Shown one piece after another: positions 20,217 to 30,595 of a stretch of DNA of 64,000 bases. Source of the stretch: Bacillota bacterium (lineage in GTDB: Bacteria; Bacillota; Limnochordia; Darwinibacteriales; DTU012); assembly GCA_012520795.1 (NCBI GenBank), contig JAAYNP010000031.1:30771-94770 (forward strand). Direction: 5' to 3'. The notes beneath the pieces were generated by a model. It was not told the origin of the DNA. It made no database searches and was given only the letters and a program-made list of their open reading frames with translations. Every line of letters starts with the position of its first letter. Within the stretch, counting starts at the first letter, position 1. The position numbers and the translations under genes were made by a program.

Positions 20217-21012
20217 CGGTCCTCACTTCCTCAGTCACTTGTTCAATGGCTTCTCCCCGGCTTACCTTACGATAACGAGGCAAGAACGCATTCAGTTTTT
20301 CCTCGATAATCCGCGGGTTTTCCCCAGCGCGAATAGAAAGGATTCCTTCGATCATGATTTCCTTAACCAAGACCTCCTTGTCGTTCTGTAAGCGCAGTCT
20401 GTCGGCAATCGGCAAAAAGACCAGGTTAGCCAAAACTACGCCATACAATGTGGTGATCAGGGCAACTGCCATTCCTACACCAAGATTACGGGCGTCTTCC
20501 ATCTTCTGCAGCATCATGATCAAACCAATCAGTGTTCCAATCATCCCGAACGCAGGGCAATACCCGCCAAGCCGTTCAAAGATCCGCTGGCCAACTGAAT
20601 GGCGTTCCTCCATGTAGCTGAGCTCAATTTCAAGGATGCCCCGGACCAAATCAGGATCGGTACCATCCACCACCAATTGAATGCCTTTCTGCAAAAATGG
20701 TTCATCCAGCTCTTGGGCTCTCTCCTCCAGCGCCAGTAATCCCTCGCGCCGCGAGATTTCGGCAAATCGCACAATGGTGGCAATAATCTCCAGCGGATTC
20801 GGCTCCTTATGGGTCAAGGCCACTTTCAGAACATGCCCAAGACTGGCCAATTCCTTGATGGAGAAGTTAACCATTGTCGCGGCAAAGGAGCCGCCCAGAG
20901 TAATCATAATACTCTGTACATTCCAATAAGCTCCAATGTGGCCGCTTAATGCTATGGAACCAATAATCAAACCGAAACCCAGCACTAGACCTAACAGCAG
21001 CGAAAGATCCAT
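20203..21012 (-). CDS. motA: flagellar stator protein MotA
   Basis: 269 aa four-TM protein with a cytoplasmic loop; MotA/TolQ/ExbB family; overlaps motB start. Confidence 0.85.
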   Translation of the reverse strand: MDLSLLLGLVLGFGLIIGSIALSGHIGAYWNVQSIMITLGGSFAATMVNFSIKELASLGHVLKVALTHKEPNPLEIIATIVRFAEISRREGLLALEERAQELDEPFLQKGIQLVVDGTDPDLVRGILEIELSYMEERHSVGQRIFERLGGYCPAFGMIGTLIGLIMMLQKMEDARNLGVGMAVALITTLYGVVLANLVFLPIADRLRLQNDKEVLVKEIMIEGILSIRAGENPRIIEEKLNAFLPRYRKVSRGEAIEQVTEEVRTGAQA

Positions 21013-21075
21013 TTTCAGACCCCATTTCGTTCATGGTAAGGGGCTCTCCAGCCCCTTACCACTTGTTACAATAGT

Positions 21076-22317
21076 TTATCGTTTCAGGTTTACCAGCTCC
21101 TGCAGCATCTCATCAGCAGAAGTGATGATCCTTGAGTTGGCCTGAAAGCCTCTCTGGGTAATAATCATCTCTGTGAATTCGTTACTTAAATCCACGTTGG
21201 ACATCTCCAGTGAGTTGGACATGATCGCCCCGAACCCTTTGGAATTGGCCGGCCCTCTAACCGCATCGCCTGAAGCAACGGTCGCCTCGAACATTGTGTC
21301 TCCCACCTTGAGGAGACCCGGCGGGTTCTTGAATTGGGCAAGGGCTATTTGCCCCAATTGCCTGATCAAACCATTCGAGTAGCTCCCGATCAGTATTCCG
21401 GAGCGGTCAATGGATACTCCATCCAATTCACCGGGAGGCAATCCATTCTGCCGCAGGACTACAACGGAAGTCTCATCGGCATATTGCCTGACACCGCTGA
21501 AGTCAAGGGTGAACTCGAGATTGGTGTTTTCCACCAAAGGCAGTGCAGCTGCGGGGATCTCCACTTCTACATCTGTTACGGACTGAACTGTGCCATCATC
21601 GTTAAAGGTGATTGTACCACTGCCCCACTCAGTTGACGGATCATCTTCCTCCAACCGGGCGGTCCACTGCCACTCGTTCCCATCATTCTTGGTGAATGTG
21701 ATCAACACCCGATGAGTATCACCATTGGCGTCATACACAGTGGCAATCCGTACAACTTGTCCACCCTCTTCCGTGGCCGATGAGATATTACCGCTGAGAA
21801 CAACTTCGCTCGTAGCCGTTGCATTGATTGAACTCACGCTTTCAGTGATTTCGATTGCCTTCAGTTCAACATCTGTGGAAATGTTCCCGTTTACATCAGC
21901 CAGGTAACCCATTACCGGCAATCCGTTCAGCCTGGATACCAAGGCATTGTTCTCGTCAAACCCAAACATCCCTGCCCTCGTGTAGTACTGCTTCGTGCCA
22001 TCGCTGAGTATGAAGAAACCATTTCCTTCAATGGCCAAATCGGTATCGCTGCTGGATGATTGGGTTCCTCCTTGGGTATGAATTACATCAATTGAACCTA
22101 ATCTAGAGCCTAAGCCAACCTGCTGCGCATTGACAGACCCCCGCCCTCCTTGGGCCGCGGTGGCAGCAGCCAGTGTTTGGTAAAGGGCTTCCTTGAAGGT
22201 TGCCCGTGAATACTTGAAGCCAACAGTATTTACGTTTGCAATATTGTTTCCAATTACATCCATCCGGACTTGATGATTCTGCAATCCGGAAACACCTGCA
22301 AACAACGAACGCATCAT
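21076..22317 (-). CDS. flgE: flagellar hook protein FlgE
   Basis: N-terminus MMRSLFAGVSGLQNHQVRMDVIGNNIANVNTVGFK is the flagellar rod/hook N-terminal motif. The C-terminus ...GFQANSRIITSADEMLQELVNLKR confirms it. Confidence 0.9.
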   Translation of the reverse strand: MMRSLFAGVSGLQNHQVRMDVIGNNIANVNTVGFKYSRATFKEALYQTLAAATAAQGGRGSVNAQQVGLGSRLGSIDVIHTQGGTQSSSSDTDLAIEGNGFFILSDGTKQYYTRAGMFGFDENNALVSRLNGLPVMGYLADVNGNISTDVELKAIEITESVSSINATATSEVVLSGNISSATEEGGQVVRIATVYDANGDTHRVLITFTKNDGNEWQWTARLEEDDPSTEWGSGTITFNDDGTVQSVTDVEVEIPAAALPLVENTNLEFTLDFSGVRQYADETSVVVLRQNGLPPGELDGVSIDRSGILIGSYSNGLIRQLGQIALAQFKNPPGLLKVGDTMFEATVASGDAVRGPANSKGFGAIMSNSLEMSNVDLSNEFTEMIITQRGFQANSRIITSADEMLQELVNLKR

Positions 22318-22390
22318 TTGTGCTTCTACCTCCCTTTAATCCTTACTGCAGTCGGTTAGTAAGGTAAGGGCTCCCTTTGCAGGTCCAGCC

Positions 22391-22780
22391 CTATGATATC
22401 ACCGCACTGTCAATATTGGTAAAGACATTGTCTCTCAGCCTCTCGTGGTTTATGGCTGTAATCACTGTCCTGTTTTTGACACTGACTACGAAAGCCATAT
22501 CACGCATGAGGATCAATGATTCCCTACCACCCTTGGCTTCCACCTTGTCAACTGCTTCTGTAAGCTTTGCCATTTCCGATTCGCTGAGATTGATCCCATT
22601 GGCCGCCATCCTTTTTTGGGCATGAGCGGAAAACTTCAGCCAAGATTGATCCAGCTTCTTTTGTAAAACTTCCTGGAAACTGGCAGCAGCTGCACCGGCT
22701 TTTGGCTTTGCTTGGGGTGGAGCCGGTTTACTTAACGGTATGACAGGGTTTGTATTGGGAATCTGAAATTTAGTTTCCAA
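22391..22780 (-). CDS. flagellar operon protein (TIGR02530-like small protein between flgD and flgE)
   Basis: I prefer a TTG/GTG start near 22780, preceded by GGAGGAGGGG, which gives about 130 aa. The long ATG-start version would overlap flgD by 158 nt. Confidence 0.5.
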   Translation of the reverse strand: METKFQIPNTNPVIPLSKPAPPQAKPKAGAAAASFQEVLQKKLDQSWLKFSAHAQKRMAANGINLSESEMAKLTEAVDKVEAKGGRESLILMRDMAFVVSVKNRTVITAINHERLRDNVFTNIDSAVIS

Positions 22781-23231
22781 CACTAGTCCCCTCCTCCATG
22801 ATGGAGACAATTTCGGAAAAACTGTACAGCTTGCCGTCAACAACGATTTCCGGCCATTCATTCTTAAATTGAATACCGGTAACCTTGCCATACAGGCTTT
22901 CACCTTCAACGGTATAGATTTCAACAACTTTGCCGATCATGGCCGTAGCCTGCCCCAAAGCTGTCAGTTTCTGCTGTGATTCCATCATCATCTTAATCGT
23001 CTCGTTCAAATTCTGCATCTGTTCCAAGCTGCTGAACTGGGCCAGCTGAGCAATGAACTCCTTATCATCTACTGGGCTTGTGGGATCCTGGTAACGCAGT
23101 TGAGTGATGAGCAATTTCAGAAAATCATCTTTACCCAGCGCAACAGCATTAAGTGTCTTGTTGCTGTTACTTACCCCATCCTTGTTCTGGGTGTCATTGG
23201 CCTGATAGGCGTAATTGGTATTTACCTGCAC
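22770..23231 (-). CDS. flgD: flagellar hook assembly/capping protein FlgD
   Basis: ...LGKDDFLKLLITQLRYQDPTSPVDDKEFIAQLAQFSSLEQMQNL is the FlgD signature. Confidence 0.85.
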   Translation of the reverse strand: MQVNTNYAYQANDTQNKDGVSNSNKTLNAVALGKDDFLKLLITQLRYQDPTSPVDDKEFIAQLAQFSSLEQMQNLNETIKMMMESQQKLTALGQATAMIGKVVEIYTVEGESLYGKVTGIQFKNEWPEIVVDGKLYSFSEIVSIMEEGTSVGN

Positions 23232-23245
23232 TCGTCCACCTCCTT

Positions 23246-24994
23246 CTAAGCACGCAAGTCCACCCTGAGGAAGCTGTCGTAATCTGCCCCCAGTTGAAAA
23301 CCAGCTGTCACTTTTGGCTCAAATCGGCTCCTTTGGGAGTGATGCCGCCTTTCACCGTTAAAGCTGGATTGCTTGTCCTGAAAACTACAGCCAACATTCA
23401 CTTCGCCCAGGTTAACTCCCAGATGCTGCATACTAAGGCGTAGTTCCGGAATAGCCGCCTGGATGATTTCTCCCGTAAGAGGATTTTCGGTAGTGAACTC
23501 GGCATTGACCAGCCCGTCTTTGATTGTGAGCATAATCCGGACATCGCCAAGATGCTCCGGCTTCAGCCTAATCTGTACTTGCTGCTGATGGGCGTCAATT
23601 TGAATTCTGACATGTTCTACGATCTGAGTCAAAACCGTTTCCCGCAATAGGCCTATGTTAGAATTGCTCTCAACTGTGCCAGCCTGCCGCGGCTCATTGA
23701 TCTCCTGGCTGGTCAAGATACCCGGACTCTGGTTCAAACCTGTCCCTTCATCAACTCGCCTTTGTTGGAAATTGCTCTGGCGTTGGTTTGGATCATGACT
23801 GTGATTAGTTTCCTGTGTTTCCATCTGCGCAAATTCGATTCCGGAATCGCCTGCCGGCAGCTTCTCGGCCTCCGGCGACAAATCCTCGAGCTGAGACTGC
23901 CCATCGGCCAGATCCAGGCCGGCCTTATTATCACCCTGGCGCTCGGCCTCACTTTTGCCTGTTGTTTGAACCAGCTGAAACCCAATTTCTCGTTCTTGAA
24001 CCATATGCTCAGGTTCAATTCGCGGTGACTCTCGGCCAGCAAAGGTCAATCCGCCTGTTGGCAGTTGATCTGTTTCGAGATCTGGAATACCTGGGTCCAA
24101 CTCATTGTCAGCAATGTCCTCCTGTAACTGACCAGCTTGCTCAATCACTGGTTCAAAACTGCCGATGAAAATTGAGCTATTTTCTCTGCTCAGCGGGATA
24201 TCCTCAAGAAGCTGCTGTTCCTGGCCGTAACGCACCTCAGCGACTTGTGCAGCGATATGGGCAGTTGGTTGCTCAATCTCCAGTGCAGGCCTGTCGAAAG
24301 ACGATACTTCTGGATCCGGCCTGTCCGGTTCCTGGTATTCTGGACTGTTTGTCCGGATGCCAAACAATGGATCCAGTTCGTTCCTTTCCGGCATTAATGC
24401 GAGATCTCCAGTGGGATAGCTGCTGCTGCCGTCATCCAGTGCACCAGCCTGTACCGGTGGCCCCGGCCCGGCCGGATTTGACCCTTGCTCCATCCCGGAT
24501 TGGCCAGTTCCTTCCTGCCGATCGGCACTTGCTGCTTGTTGAGCCTGCCATGCCTTAAAACCCTCAAACAGATTGATGAGTTGTGGTCTCGTTGTGCTCT
24601 CATGCTGCTCTTGAGCAGCTTTAGTAAAAGTCTCCAGCACACTTGCGGTTTCTTGTGCATCCTCACCAATACTGGGACCAGTCTGGGCGGTGCCGCTATA
24701 ATCGACATTCAATGCCAACAGCATCACCAGCTGCTGCAGCAGGGTATCTTCAGCTTTTGGTTCATCCTGGCCAGCCGGCTCAGATTCCTGATCCGTGATC
24801 TTAGCAAGGAAATCCATAACGGTCACTTCTGGTTTCATTGCGTTTGGCAAATTGTTTACCGCCTCAGAAGCTGTCGCTAGTATCTGAGTCAACAGATCCT
24901 GAAAACCTCCGCCTGCTGCCTTGGGATCGGACTGCTCACCGCTACCGGACTGAATCGGATATAGATATCCAATTCCAATTCTTATCCCCCTCAC
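23246..24994 (-). CDS. fliK: flagellar hook-length control protein FliK
   Basis: 582 aa with a low-complexity Q/E/P-rich centre and a C-terminal Flg_hook domain (...LKPEHLGDVRIMLTIKDGLVNAEFTTEN...). Confidence 0.75.
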   Translation of the reverse strand: MRGIRIGIGYLYPIQSGSGEQSDPKAAGGGFQDLLTQILATASEAVNNLPNAMKPEVTVMDFLAKITDQESEPAGQDEPKAEDTLLQQLVMLLALNVDYSGTAQTGPSIGEDAQETASVLETFTKAAQEQHESTTRPQLINLFEGFKAWQAQQAASADRQEGTGQSGMEQGSNPAGPGPPVQAGALDDGSSSYPTGDLALMPERNELDPLFGIRTNSPEYQEPDRPDPEVSSFDRPALEIEQPTAHIAAQVAEVRYGQEQQLLEDIPLSRENSSIFIGSFEPVIEQAGQLQEDIADNELDPGIPDLETDQLPTGGLTFAGRESPRIEPEHMVQEREIGFQLVQTTGKSEAERQGDNKAGLDLADGQSQLEDLSPEAEKLPAGDSGIEFAQMETQETNHSHDPNQRQSNFQQRRVDEGTGLNQSPGILTSQEINEPRQAGTVESNSNIGLLRETVLTQIVEHVRIQIDAHQQQVQIRLKPEHLGDVRIMLTIKDGLVNAEFTTENPLTGEIIQAAIPELRLSMQHLGVNLGEVNVGCSFQDKQSSFNGERRHHSQRSRFEPKVTAGFQLGADYDSFLRVDLRA

Positions 24995-25518
24995 CTCCCT
25001 TCCTGAAATCTTGTACTCAATTCTGCTGCCAAACTCCGGGGCAGGGCAGCTAAAACCAAAGCTGCGGTTTCTTCATCCATTGCCAACAAGACCTCGAGAA
25101 TCAGCTCTTGATCCATTAATTGCAGTATTTCCACAGCTTCTTCAGGCCGCATTTGAGAGTATAATCTGGCCAGATTGGCAGCTGATTGGCTTTTGGCCCG
25201 CTGTTCGTTCAGGGTTTGCTCTTGACGGGCCAGGCTCTGGCTTAACACATGCAGCTGCTGTTCTTTGGCATTCAGGCTCTGGTGCTGCGCTTCAATCTCC
25301 TGATGAATTGCATCAAATTCTGCCTGCTTCTCGGCATGCCAGTCCTGCCATTGCGCACCTACATAATAGGTTTCAACATACGGAGCAAACGCCTGAATAG
25401 ATTGCGCATACTCAATAAGCTTGTCCTGCGGTTGGATCAAACCGGTAATGGTAAGAAGCACAAATGCTATAATTACAGAAATAATCAACGTATAAACTGC
25501 AGCTAACCATCTAACCAC
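24991..25518 (-). CDS. flagellar operon protein with N-terminal TM helix and MgtE-N-like domain (YlxF-like)
   Basis: It lies between fliJ and fliK as ylxF does in B. subtilis. The C-terminus LARLYSQMRPEEAVEILQLMDQELILEVLLAMDEETAALVLAAL resembles the MgtE intracellular N domain. Confidence 0.5.
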   Translation of the reverse strand: MVRWLAAVYTLIISVIIAFVLLTITGLIQPQDKLIEYAQSIQAFAPYVETYYVGAQWQDWHAEKQAEFDAIHQEIEAQHQSLNAKEQQLHVLSQSLARQEQTLNEQRAKSQSAANLARLYSQMRPEEAVEILQLMDQELILEVLLAMDEETAALVLAALPRSLAAELSTRFQEGR

Positions 25519-25529
25519 GGAGATCCCCC

Positions 25530-25955
25530 TTAAACCTGCCCCACATGATTTTTCATATCATCCAGGATGTGCTGTTCCTTACGGAGTTCCTCGTACATAA
25601 ACGCTTCATAATGCCTTGCTTCCAAACGCTCGAGTTTTTCCTTTTCGGTTCTCGCCCGATTCCAGTCCTGACGGGCGGCTGCTTCAACCAAGGCGGCTTC
25701 ATGCACAGCTTCTGCCTGGCGGGTGATCATGCGGTCCAGTTTCGCAAGATACCGATAAGCCCAAGGCCGAATCCGGATATCGGTCAGTTTATGACAATAC
25801 GCTGCTACATCCGCCTCTTCTTCCTTTAGCTGTGCAAGTTTCTGCTGAGCCAGGAGCAAAGCTCTTTGAGCCTGAGCCCACTTTTGTTTCTGGACAGCTT
25901 CCTGGATGATACGAACCTGCTTTACTCTTTGCAGCCGAAACACAAACCTGGCCAT
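25530..25955 (-). CDS. fliJ: flagellar export chaperone FliJ
   Basis: 141 aa coiled-coil protein immediately downstream of fliI. Confidence 0.75.
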   Translation of the reverse strand: MARFVFRLQRVKQVRIIQEAVQKQKWAQAQRALLLAQQKLAQLKEEEADVAAYCHKLTDIRIRPWAYRYLAKLDRMITRQAEAVHEAALVEAAARQDWNRARTEKEKLERLEARHYEAFMYEELRKEQHILDDMKNHVGQV

Positions 25956-25956
25956 A

Positions 25957-27288
25957 TCACTCTTCGCCTTTCTGACTTCCCATTGCCCGCTCCAACAACT
26001 CCAGCGCCTCTGACCAGCTTGACCCTTGGTCTGCCGGCTGCCTTAGGTAATCGTTGATAGCGTCAATATATTGGATGGCATCGTCAATTTGTGGGTTGGC
26101 TCCACTGACATAGGCACCGATATTAATCAGATCTTCGGCTTCCCGATAGGTTGCCAGCCGAGTCTTAAACCTGACTGCCAACTGGTTATGATCTTCATCG
26201 ACTACATCAGGCATTACCCTGCTGACGCTTGCCAGGACATCTATGGCGGGATAATGCTGGGCATTGGACAATCTACGAGACAAGACAATGTGCCCGTCCA
26301 AAATGCTGCGGACTGTATCGGCAATCGGCTCATTGAAGTCATCCCCATCCACCAGGACAGTATAAAACGCTGTAATCGTTCCATTCTGCCCCGGGCCTGT
26401 CCTTTCCATCAGCTTAGGCAAAAGAGCAAAAACCGATGGGGGATAACCACGGGTGGCCGGTGGTTCACCTGATGCCAAACCTACTTCACGTTGAGCAAAT
26501 GCAAACCTGGTCACAGAATCCATCAAAAACAACACATCTTTGCCACAATCCCGGAAATACTCCGCAATAGTAGTAGCAGTTAACGCACCTTTCAACCGGA
26601 TCATGGCCAACTGATCTGAAGTGGCAACGACAACAACCGAGCGTTTCAGGCCTTCCGGCCCAAGATCTGATTCAATAAACTCCCGGACTTCACGGCCCCG
26701 TTCACCAATGAGGCCAATCACGTTTACCTCTGCCGAGGTGTTGCGGGCCATCATTCCCAGCAATGTACTTTTTCCAACACCACTACCGGAAAAAATCCCA
26801 ACCCTTTGACCCTTTCCGCAAGTCAGCAGCCCATCAATAGCCCTCACTCCCACTGAGATAGGCTTGCGGATCATCTGGCGGTGCAAAGGCTGCACACTGC
26901 TGTTGTGCAGTGGGCGGTACTGCTCAACTTCGATAGGGCCTTTTCCATCGATGGGGTTTCCAAATGCATCGAGAACCCTGCCCAAAAGCTTAGGCCCTAC
27001 ACCCACTCGCAGCGGATGCCCCAAACTGCTTACATAACAACCCGGCCCCACTCCTGTCATGTCCGAAAGCGGCATAAGCACTATTGAACGGTCATGAAAC
27101 CCTACTGCTTCGGCATAGACGCGGCTGCCATCTTGCGCGGTGATCACACACAAATCTCCAATATTGGCTGCCGGCCCGTTTGATTCAATCGTCAGCCCGA
27201 CGACTTTGGCAACTTTGCCCGTAGGCTCAAGATCGTTGAAATCATCAATCATACTGAAGTAATGATCAAGGCGTTCCTTACTTAGCAT
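25957..27288 (-). CDS. fliI: flagellum-specific ATPase FliI
   Basis: Walker A GIFSGSGVGKSTLLGMMA; F1-ATPase beta-like protein of 443 aa. Confidence 0.95.
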   Translation of the reverse strand: MLSKERLDHYFSMIDDFNDLEPTGKVAKVVGLTIESNGPAANIGDLCVITAQDGSRVYAEAVGFHDRSIVLMPLSDMTGVGPGCYVSSLGHPLRVGVGPKLLGRVLDAFGNPIDGKGPIEVEQYRPLHNSSVQPLHRQMIRKPISVGVRAIDGLLTCGKGQRVGIFSGSGVGKSTLLGMMARNTSAEVNVIGLIGERGREVREFIESDLGPEGLKRSVVVVATSDQLAMIRLKGALTATTIAEYFRDCGKDVLFLMDSVTRFAFAQREVGLASGEPPATRGYPPSVFALLPKLMERTGPGQNGTITAFYTVLVDGDDFNEPIADTVRSILDGHIVLSRRLSNAQHYPAIDVLASVSRVMPDVVDEDHNQLAVRFKTRLATYREAEDLINIGAYVSGANPQIDDAIQYIDAINDYLRQPADQGSSWSEALELLERAMGSQKGEE

Positions 27289-28048
27289 AGATCTGCTCCT
27301 GCAATTCAGTGCTTAGTTTAGCAAAGCGCTGCTCAAAGCCGGCATCAATAGCGCCATACTCGGTCTCAAGCAGACAATCACCGTCCCGCAAGGCGGGATC
27401 ACTCTCCCAACGGATTTTTCCATTGAATACGTCCGCTAGTGATGCCGCATCCTTAAGCACTTGACAAGTTTGAGGGCTAACGCGGATGATAACCTGCTCA
27501 CAGCCTGACAAACGTTCCAATCCAGCTTTGATGCTGGGCAGCAGCAAAGTTGGATCCGATGCAATTTCTTTCTTAATTATCTTTTCGGCTATGTAGAGGC
27601 TAAGCTTTAGATAGTCTTCCTCCAGCTTTGCAAGGGCAGCGCTGCGTTGCTCTGCAGCACTCTCGGCAATTGCAGCCATACTGTCAAGAAACTGAGCAGC
27701 CTTTTGTTGAATCTCCTGATATCCGGTTTCCCGTCCCTTGTGATATCCCTCGGCAAAACCATCCTGCTGCGCTTTACTGATTACTGCGTCCAGTTCACTT
27801 TCGATTCGGGCTTTCTCTGCCTCAGCCTTGCTGACTATTTCATTGGCTTTGGCCTGGGCTGCTTCAATAATTGCAGCAGCCTTTGCGTTAGCGTCGTCAA
27901 TCAACTGAGTTGCTTGAAAAATGGTGCAATCCGCCTTTTGCGACTCTTTGACCTTAACGTTATCGATTTCAGCTTCCGGCCGAAAGATCTGATCCTGACT
28001 GCTGGGAACCAAAATCTGCAGTTGAGCAGCTTTGATGATCTTAGACAA
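27278..28048 (-). CDS. fliH: flagellar assembly protein FliH
   Basis: 256 aa coiled-coil protein with a C-terminal FliH/YscL-like region, between fliG and fliI. Confidence 0.75.
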   Translation of the reverse strand: MSKIIKAAQLQILVPSSQDQIFRPEAEIDNVKVKESQKADCTIFQATQLIDDANAKAAAIIEAAQAKANEIVSKAEAEKARIESELDAVISKAQQDGFAEGYHKGRETGYQEIQQKAAQFLDSMAAIAESAAEQRSAALAKLEEDYLKLSLYIAEKIIKKEIASDPTLLLPSIKAGLERLSGCEQVIIRVSPQTCQVLKDAASLADVFNGKIRWESDPALRDGDCLLETEYGAIDAGFEQRFAKLSTELQEQIYAK

Positions 28049-29063
28049 TCAGTTCATCCTCCCCACCGCGTGAAATCACCAAATCACCGGCTTCCTCAAG
28101 CCGTCTTACAACAGCGACTATGCGTGTCTGAGCCTCATCGATATCGCGAAGCCTTACCGGCCCCATAAAATCTATGTCTTCTTTGAGAAGAGTGGCTGCT
28201 CTCTTGGACATATTGCGATAGATCCGATCCGAAACTTCTTCAGAAGCGGTCTTCAATGCCAGAGCCAAATCCTTTGATTCCACTTCTCTAATAATAAGCT
28301 GAATGGCACGGTCGTCGAGATTGATGATATCTTCAAAGACAAACATCCTTTTGCGGATTTCTTCAGCCAATTCAGGATCGTCCTCTTCCAGCGCTTCCAT
28401 GATTGTCTTTTCCGTGCTCCGATCAACATGATTGAGAATCTCTACAGCGGCATCAATTCCGCCTGCGACTGTGTAATCATGTACTTCATACGCTGATAAT
28501 CTCTGTTCGAGGGTGCTTTCAATATCTTCCAACACCTCCGGCGTGGTTCTATCCAGCGTTGCCAAACGCTTGGCCACATCGACCTGCCGCTCCGGAGGGA
28601 GTGCCGACAGTACCAAGCTTGCTTGCTCGGGCTTCAAGTATGCCAAAACCAAGGCAATGGTCTGAGGGTGCTCATTCTGAATGAAATTCAGAATCTGGGT
28701 AGGTTCTGTTTTACGGGCAAAATCAAACGGCCTTACCTGAAGCGTAGCCGTAAGCCTTTCTATGATTACACGAGCTCTTTCTTTACCCAGAGCCGCTTCC
28801 AGAACTTCTCTGGCATAGGCAATTCCACCTTGTTCTATGTACTCTTGCGCCTGCATCATTCCGTCAAATTCGTTTAACACACGCTCACGGGCCTCCGGTT
28901 CGATCCTGCGCATACTAGCTATTTGCAGAGTGAGATCCTCAATCTCCTCATCCGACAAATGCTTGAACACTTGAGCAGAAGCCTCAGGGCCTAGTGCAAT
29001 CAATAGAATGGCAGCTTTTTCTTTACCAGTCAATCTTCCCTTCAATTCAGCCCATCTCCTCAT
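28041..29063 (-). CDS. fliG: flagellar motor switch protein FliG
   Basis: 340 aa; FliG N, middle and C domains are present (...EIEDLTLQIA..., ...MFVFEDIINLDDRAIQLIIREV...). Confidence 0.95.
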   Translation of the reverse strand: MRRWAELKGRLTGKEKAAILLIALGPEASAQVFKHLSDEEIEDLTLQIASMRRIEPEARERVLNEFDGMMQAQEYIEQGGIAYAREVLEAALGKERARVIIERLTATLQVRPFDFARKTEPTQILNFIQNEHPQTIALVLAYLKPEQASLVLSALPPERQVDVAKRLATLDRTTPEVLEDIESTLEQRLSAYEVHDYTVAGGIDAAVEILNHVDRSTEKTIMEALEEDDPELAEEIRKRMFVFEDIINLDDRAIQLIIREVESKDLALALKTASEEVSDRIYRNMSKRAATLLKEDIDFMGPVRLRDIDEAQTRIVAVVRRLEEAGDLVISRGGEDELIV

Positions 29064-30559
29064 TCTTCTAATAGCCAGCTTTTGAGCATTTGAGCAAACT
29101 CTTTTGGTCTTTCAGCAGAATAGCGTTTCAAGCGCTGGATAACATCAAGCCTGGCGGCATCTTCAGGAGACATTTCTTCTTCGGCACCGACAGCTATCTC
29201 AATACCCGGCTCAATTTCAAGAGTGGTTTTCTGTCTGGTTTTGCGCACCAGCACACTAACAATCAAAACCAGTATCAAACCGGTGATAATCATAAACAGC
29301 CATATCGGCGAAAACCCTGAAGGAATTGACTCATCGCTTGCCACAAAGGTAAAGTCTGATTGAAATGGCATTGCTGAAATTGAGATGTGATCACCGCGAT
29401 CAAAATTGAGGCCCAAGGCACCAACAACAGATGCCTCAACCGCATCCAATTCTGATTGGCCAACGTCCCCGTCAATCCAGATGGAGACACTGATCTGTTC
29501 GACACCTCCCGGAGGAGTCATCTGGTGAATCTCCGTACGATTCAATTCATAGTTGACGGTTGACTCTTGACGGTAAGCACCCATCTCTTCCGGATCAAGT
29601 TCTACATAACCGGGAATATTTGCACTAACACCGGGAACGCCAAAAGCTGCCACATTATCGGTATAGAATTCACTGAAGGATTGCTGGCTGCGGACTAACC
29701 CTCCATCACGGCTGGGCGCAGAATAGATCTCCTGATACTGTTCCACAGTGTCAAAGTCAAGCTGGACACTGACCAAACAGACAACTTTGCCATATCCATA
29801 TACCCTTTCCAGCATCGCCCGCAGGTTTGCCGCCAGACGCTGCTCATACATGACAGTCAATTCCAGGCGCTGGCTGACTGCACTGCCGTCAAAACCGTCA
29901 ACACTGGCGTGATCGTTTAAGATCGTGCCGCTGGTGTCCATGATGGTAATATTCTCAGGTGCCAGGCGCTCCACACTGGTGGCCAAAAGGTGTGTGATCC
30001 CACGGACTTGCTGCTGGGACAAAACGGCACCAGGTTTTAGGCGGAGCAATACCGATGCCGTCGAGGGCTGTGTATCCCTAATAAAAAGGCTGTTCGGGGG
30101 AATTACCAAATGTACCCGGGCATCTTCAACTTCATCCAGTGAACGAATCGTCCGCGTCAGTTCCCCCTCAAGGGCAATGCGGTAGCGAAGCTGGCGGTCT
30201 GCTTCGGTTTCACCGAGCCTGGTGGTATTGAAGGTTTCAAAGCCAACCACACCGCCCGCGGGCAATCCCTGTGCCGCTAAAGTAAGCCGGGTTTGATAGA
30301 CTCTGTCAGCCGGAACCAAAATCGAACTGCCGTTGTCAGCCAAGCGGTAAGGAATGTTGTTTTCACTCAAGGCTGTGGTTATGCTTGCCGCATCACTAAG
30401 ATCAAGATTGGTGTACAGCGGTTGATAGTCGTCGCCGGAAAAAATGGCAATCAGCGATAACGCGAGAAAAACGATACCGGCAGCGACACCGCCTGCAATA
30501 CGTGTTCGTACTGATAATTTGTTCCAGGTTTCTTTTAATGAGGTGAATAAAGTCTCCAT
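29060..30559 (-). CDS. fliF: flagellar MS-ring protein FliF
   Basis: 499 aa with two TM helices flanking a large periplasmic domain; FliF family. Confidence 0.9.
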   Translation of the reverse strand: METLFTSLKETWNKLSVRTRIAGGVAAGIVFLALSLIAIFSGDDYQPLYTNLDLSDAASITTALSENNIPYRLADNGSSILVPADRVYQTRLTLAAQGLPAGGVVGFETFNTTRLGETEADRQLRYRIALEGELTRTIRSLDEVEDARVHLVIPPNSLFIRDTQPSTASVLLRLKPGAVLSQQQVRGITHLLATSVERLAPENITIMDTSGTILNDHASVDGFDGSAVSQRLELTVMYEQRLAANLRAMLERVYGYGKVVCLVSVQLDFDTVEQYQEIYSAPSRDGGLVRSQQSFSEFYTDNVAAFGVPGVSANIPGYVELDPEEMGAYRQESTVNYELNRTEIHQMTPPGGVEQISVSIWIDGDVGQSELDAVEASVVGALGLNFDRGDHISISAMPFQSDFTFVASDESIPSGFSPIWLFMIITGLILVLIVSVLVRKTRQKTTLEIEPGIEIAVGAEEEMSPEDAARLDVIQRLKRYSAERPKEFAQMLKSWLLEE

Positions 30560-30595
30560 ACGAATCTCCCTATGCTCTAAAGTACATAAGTTTTC

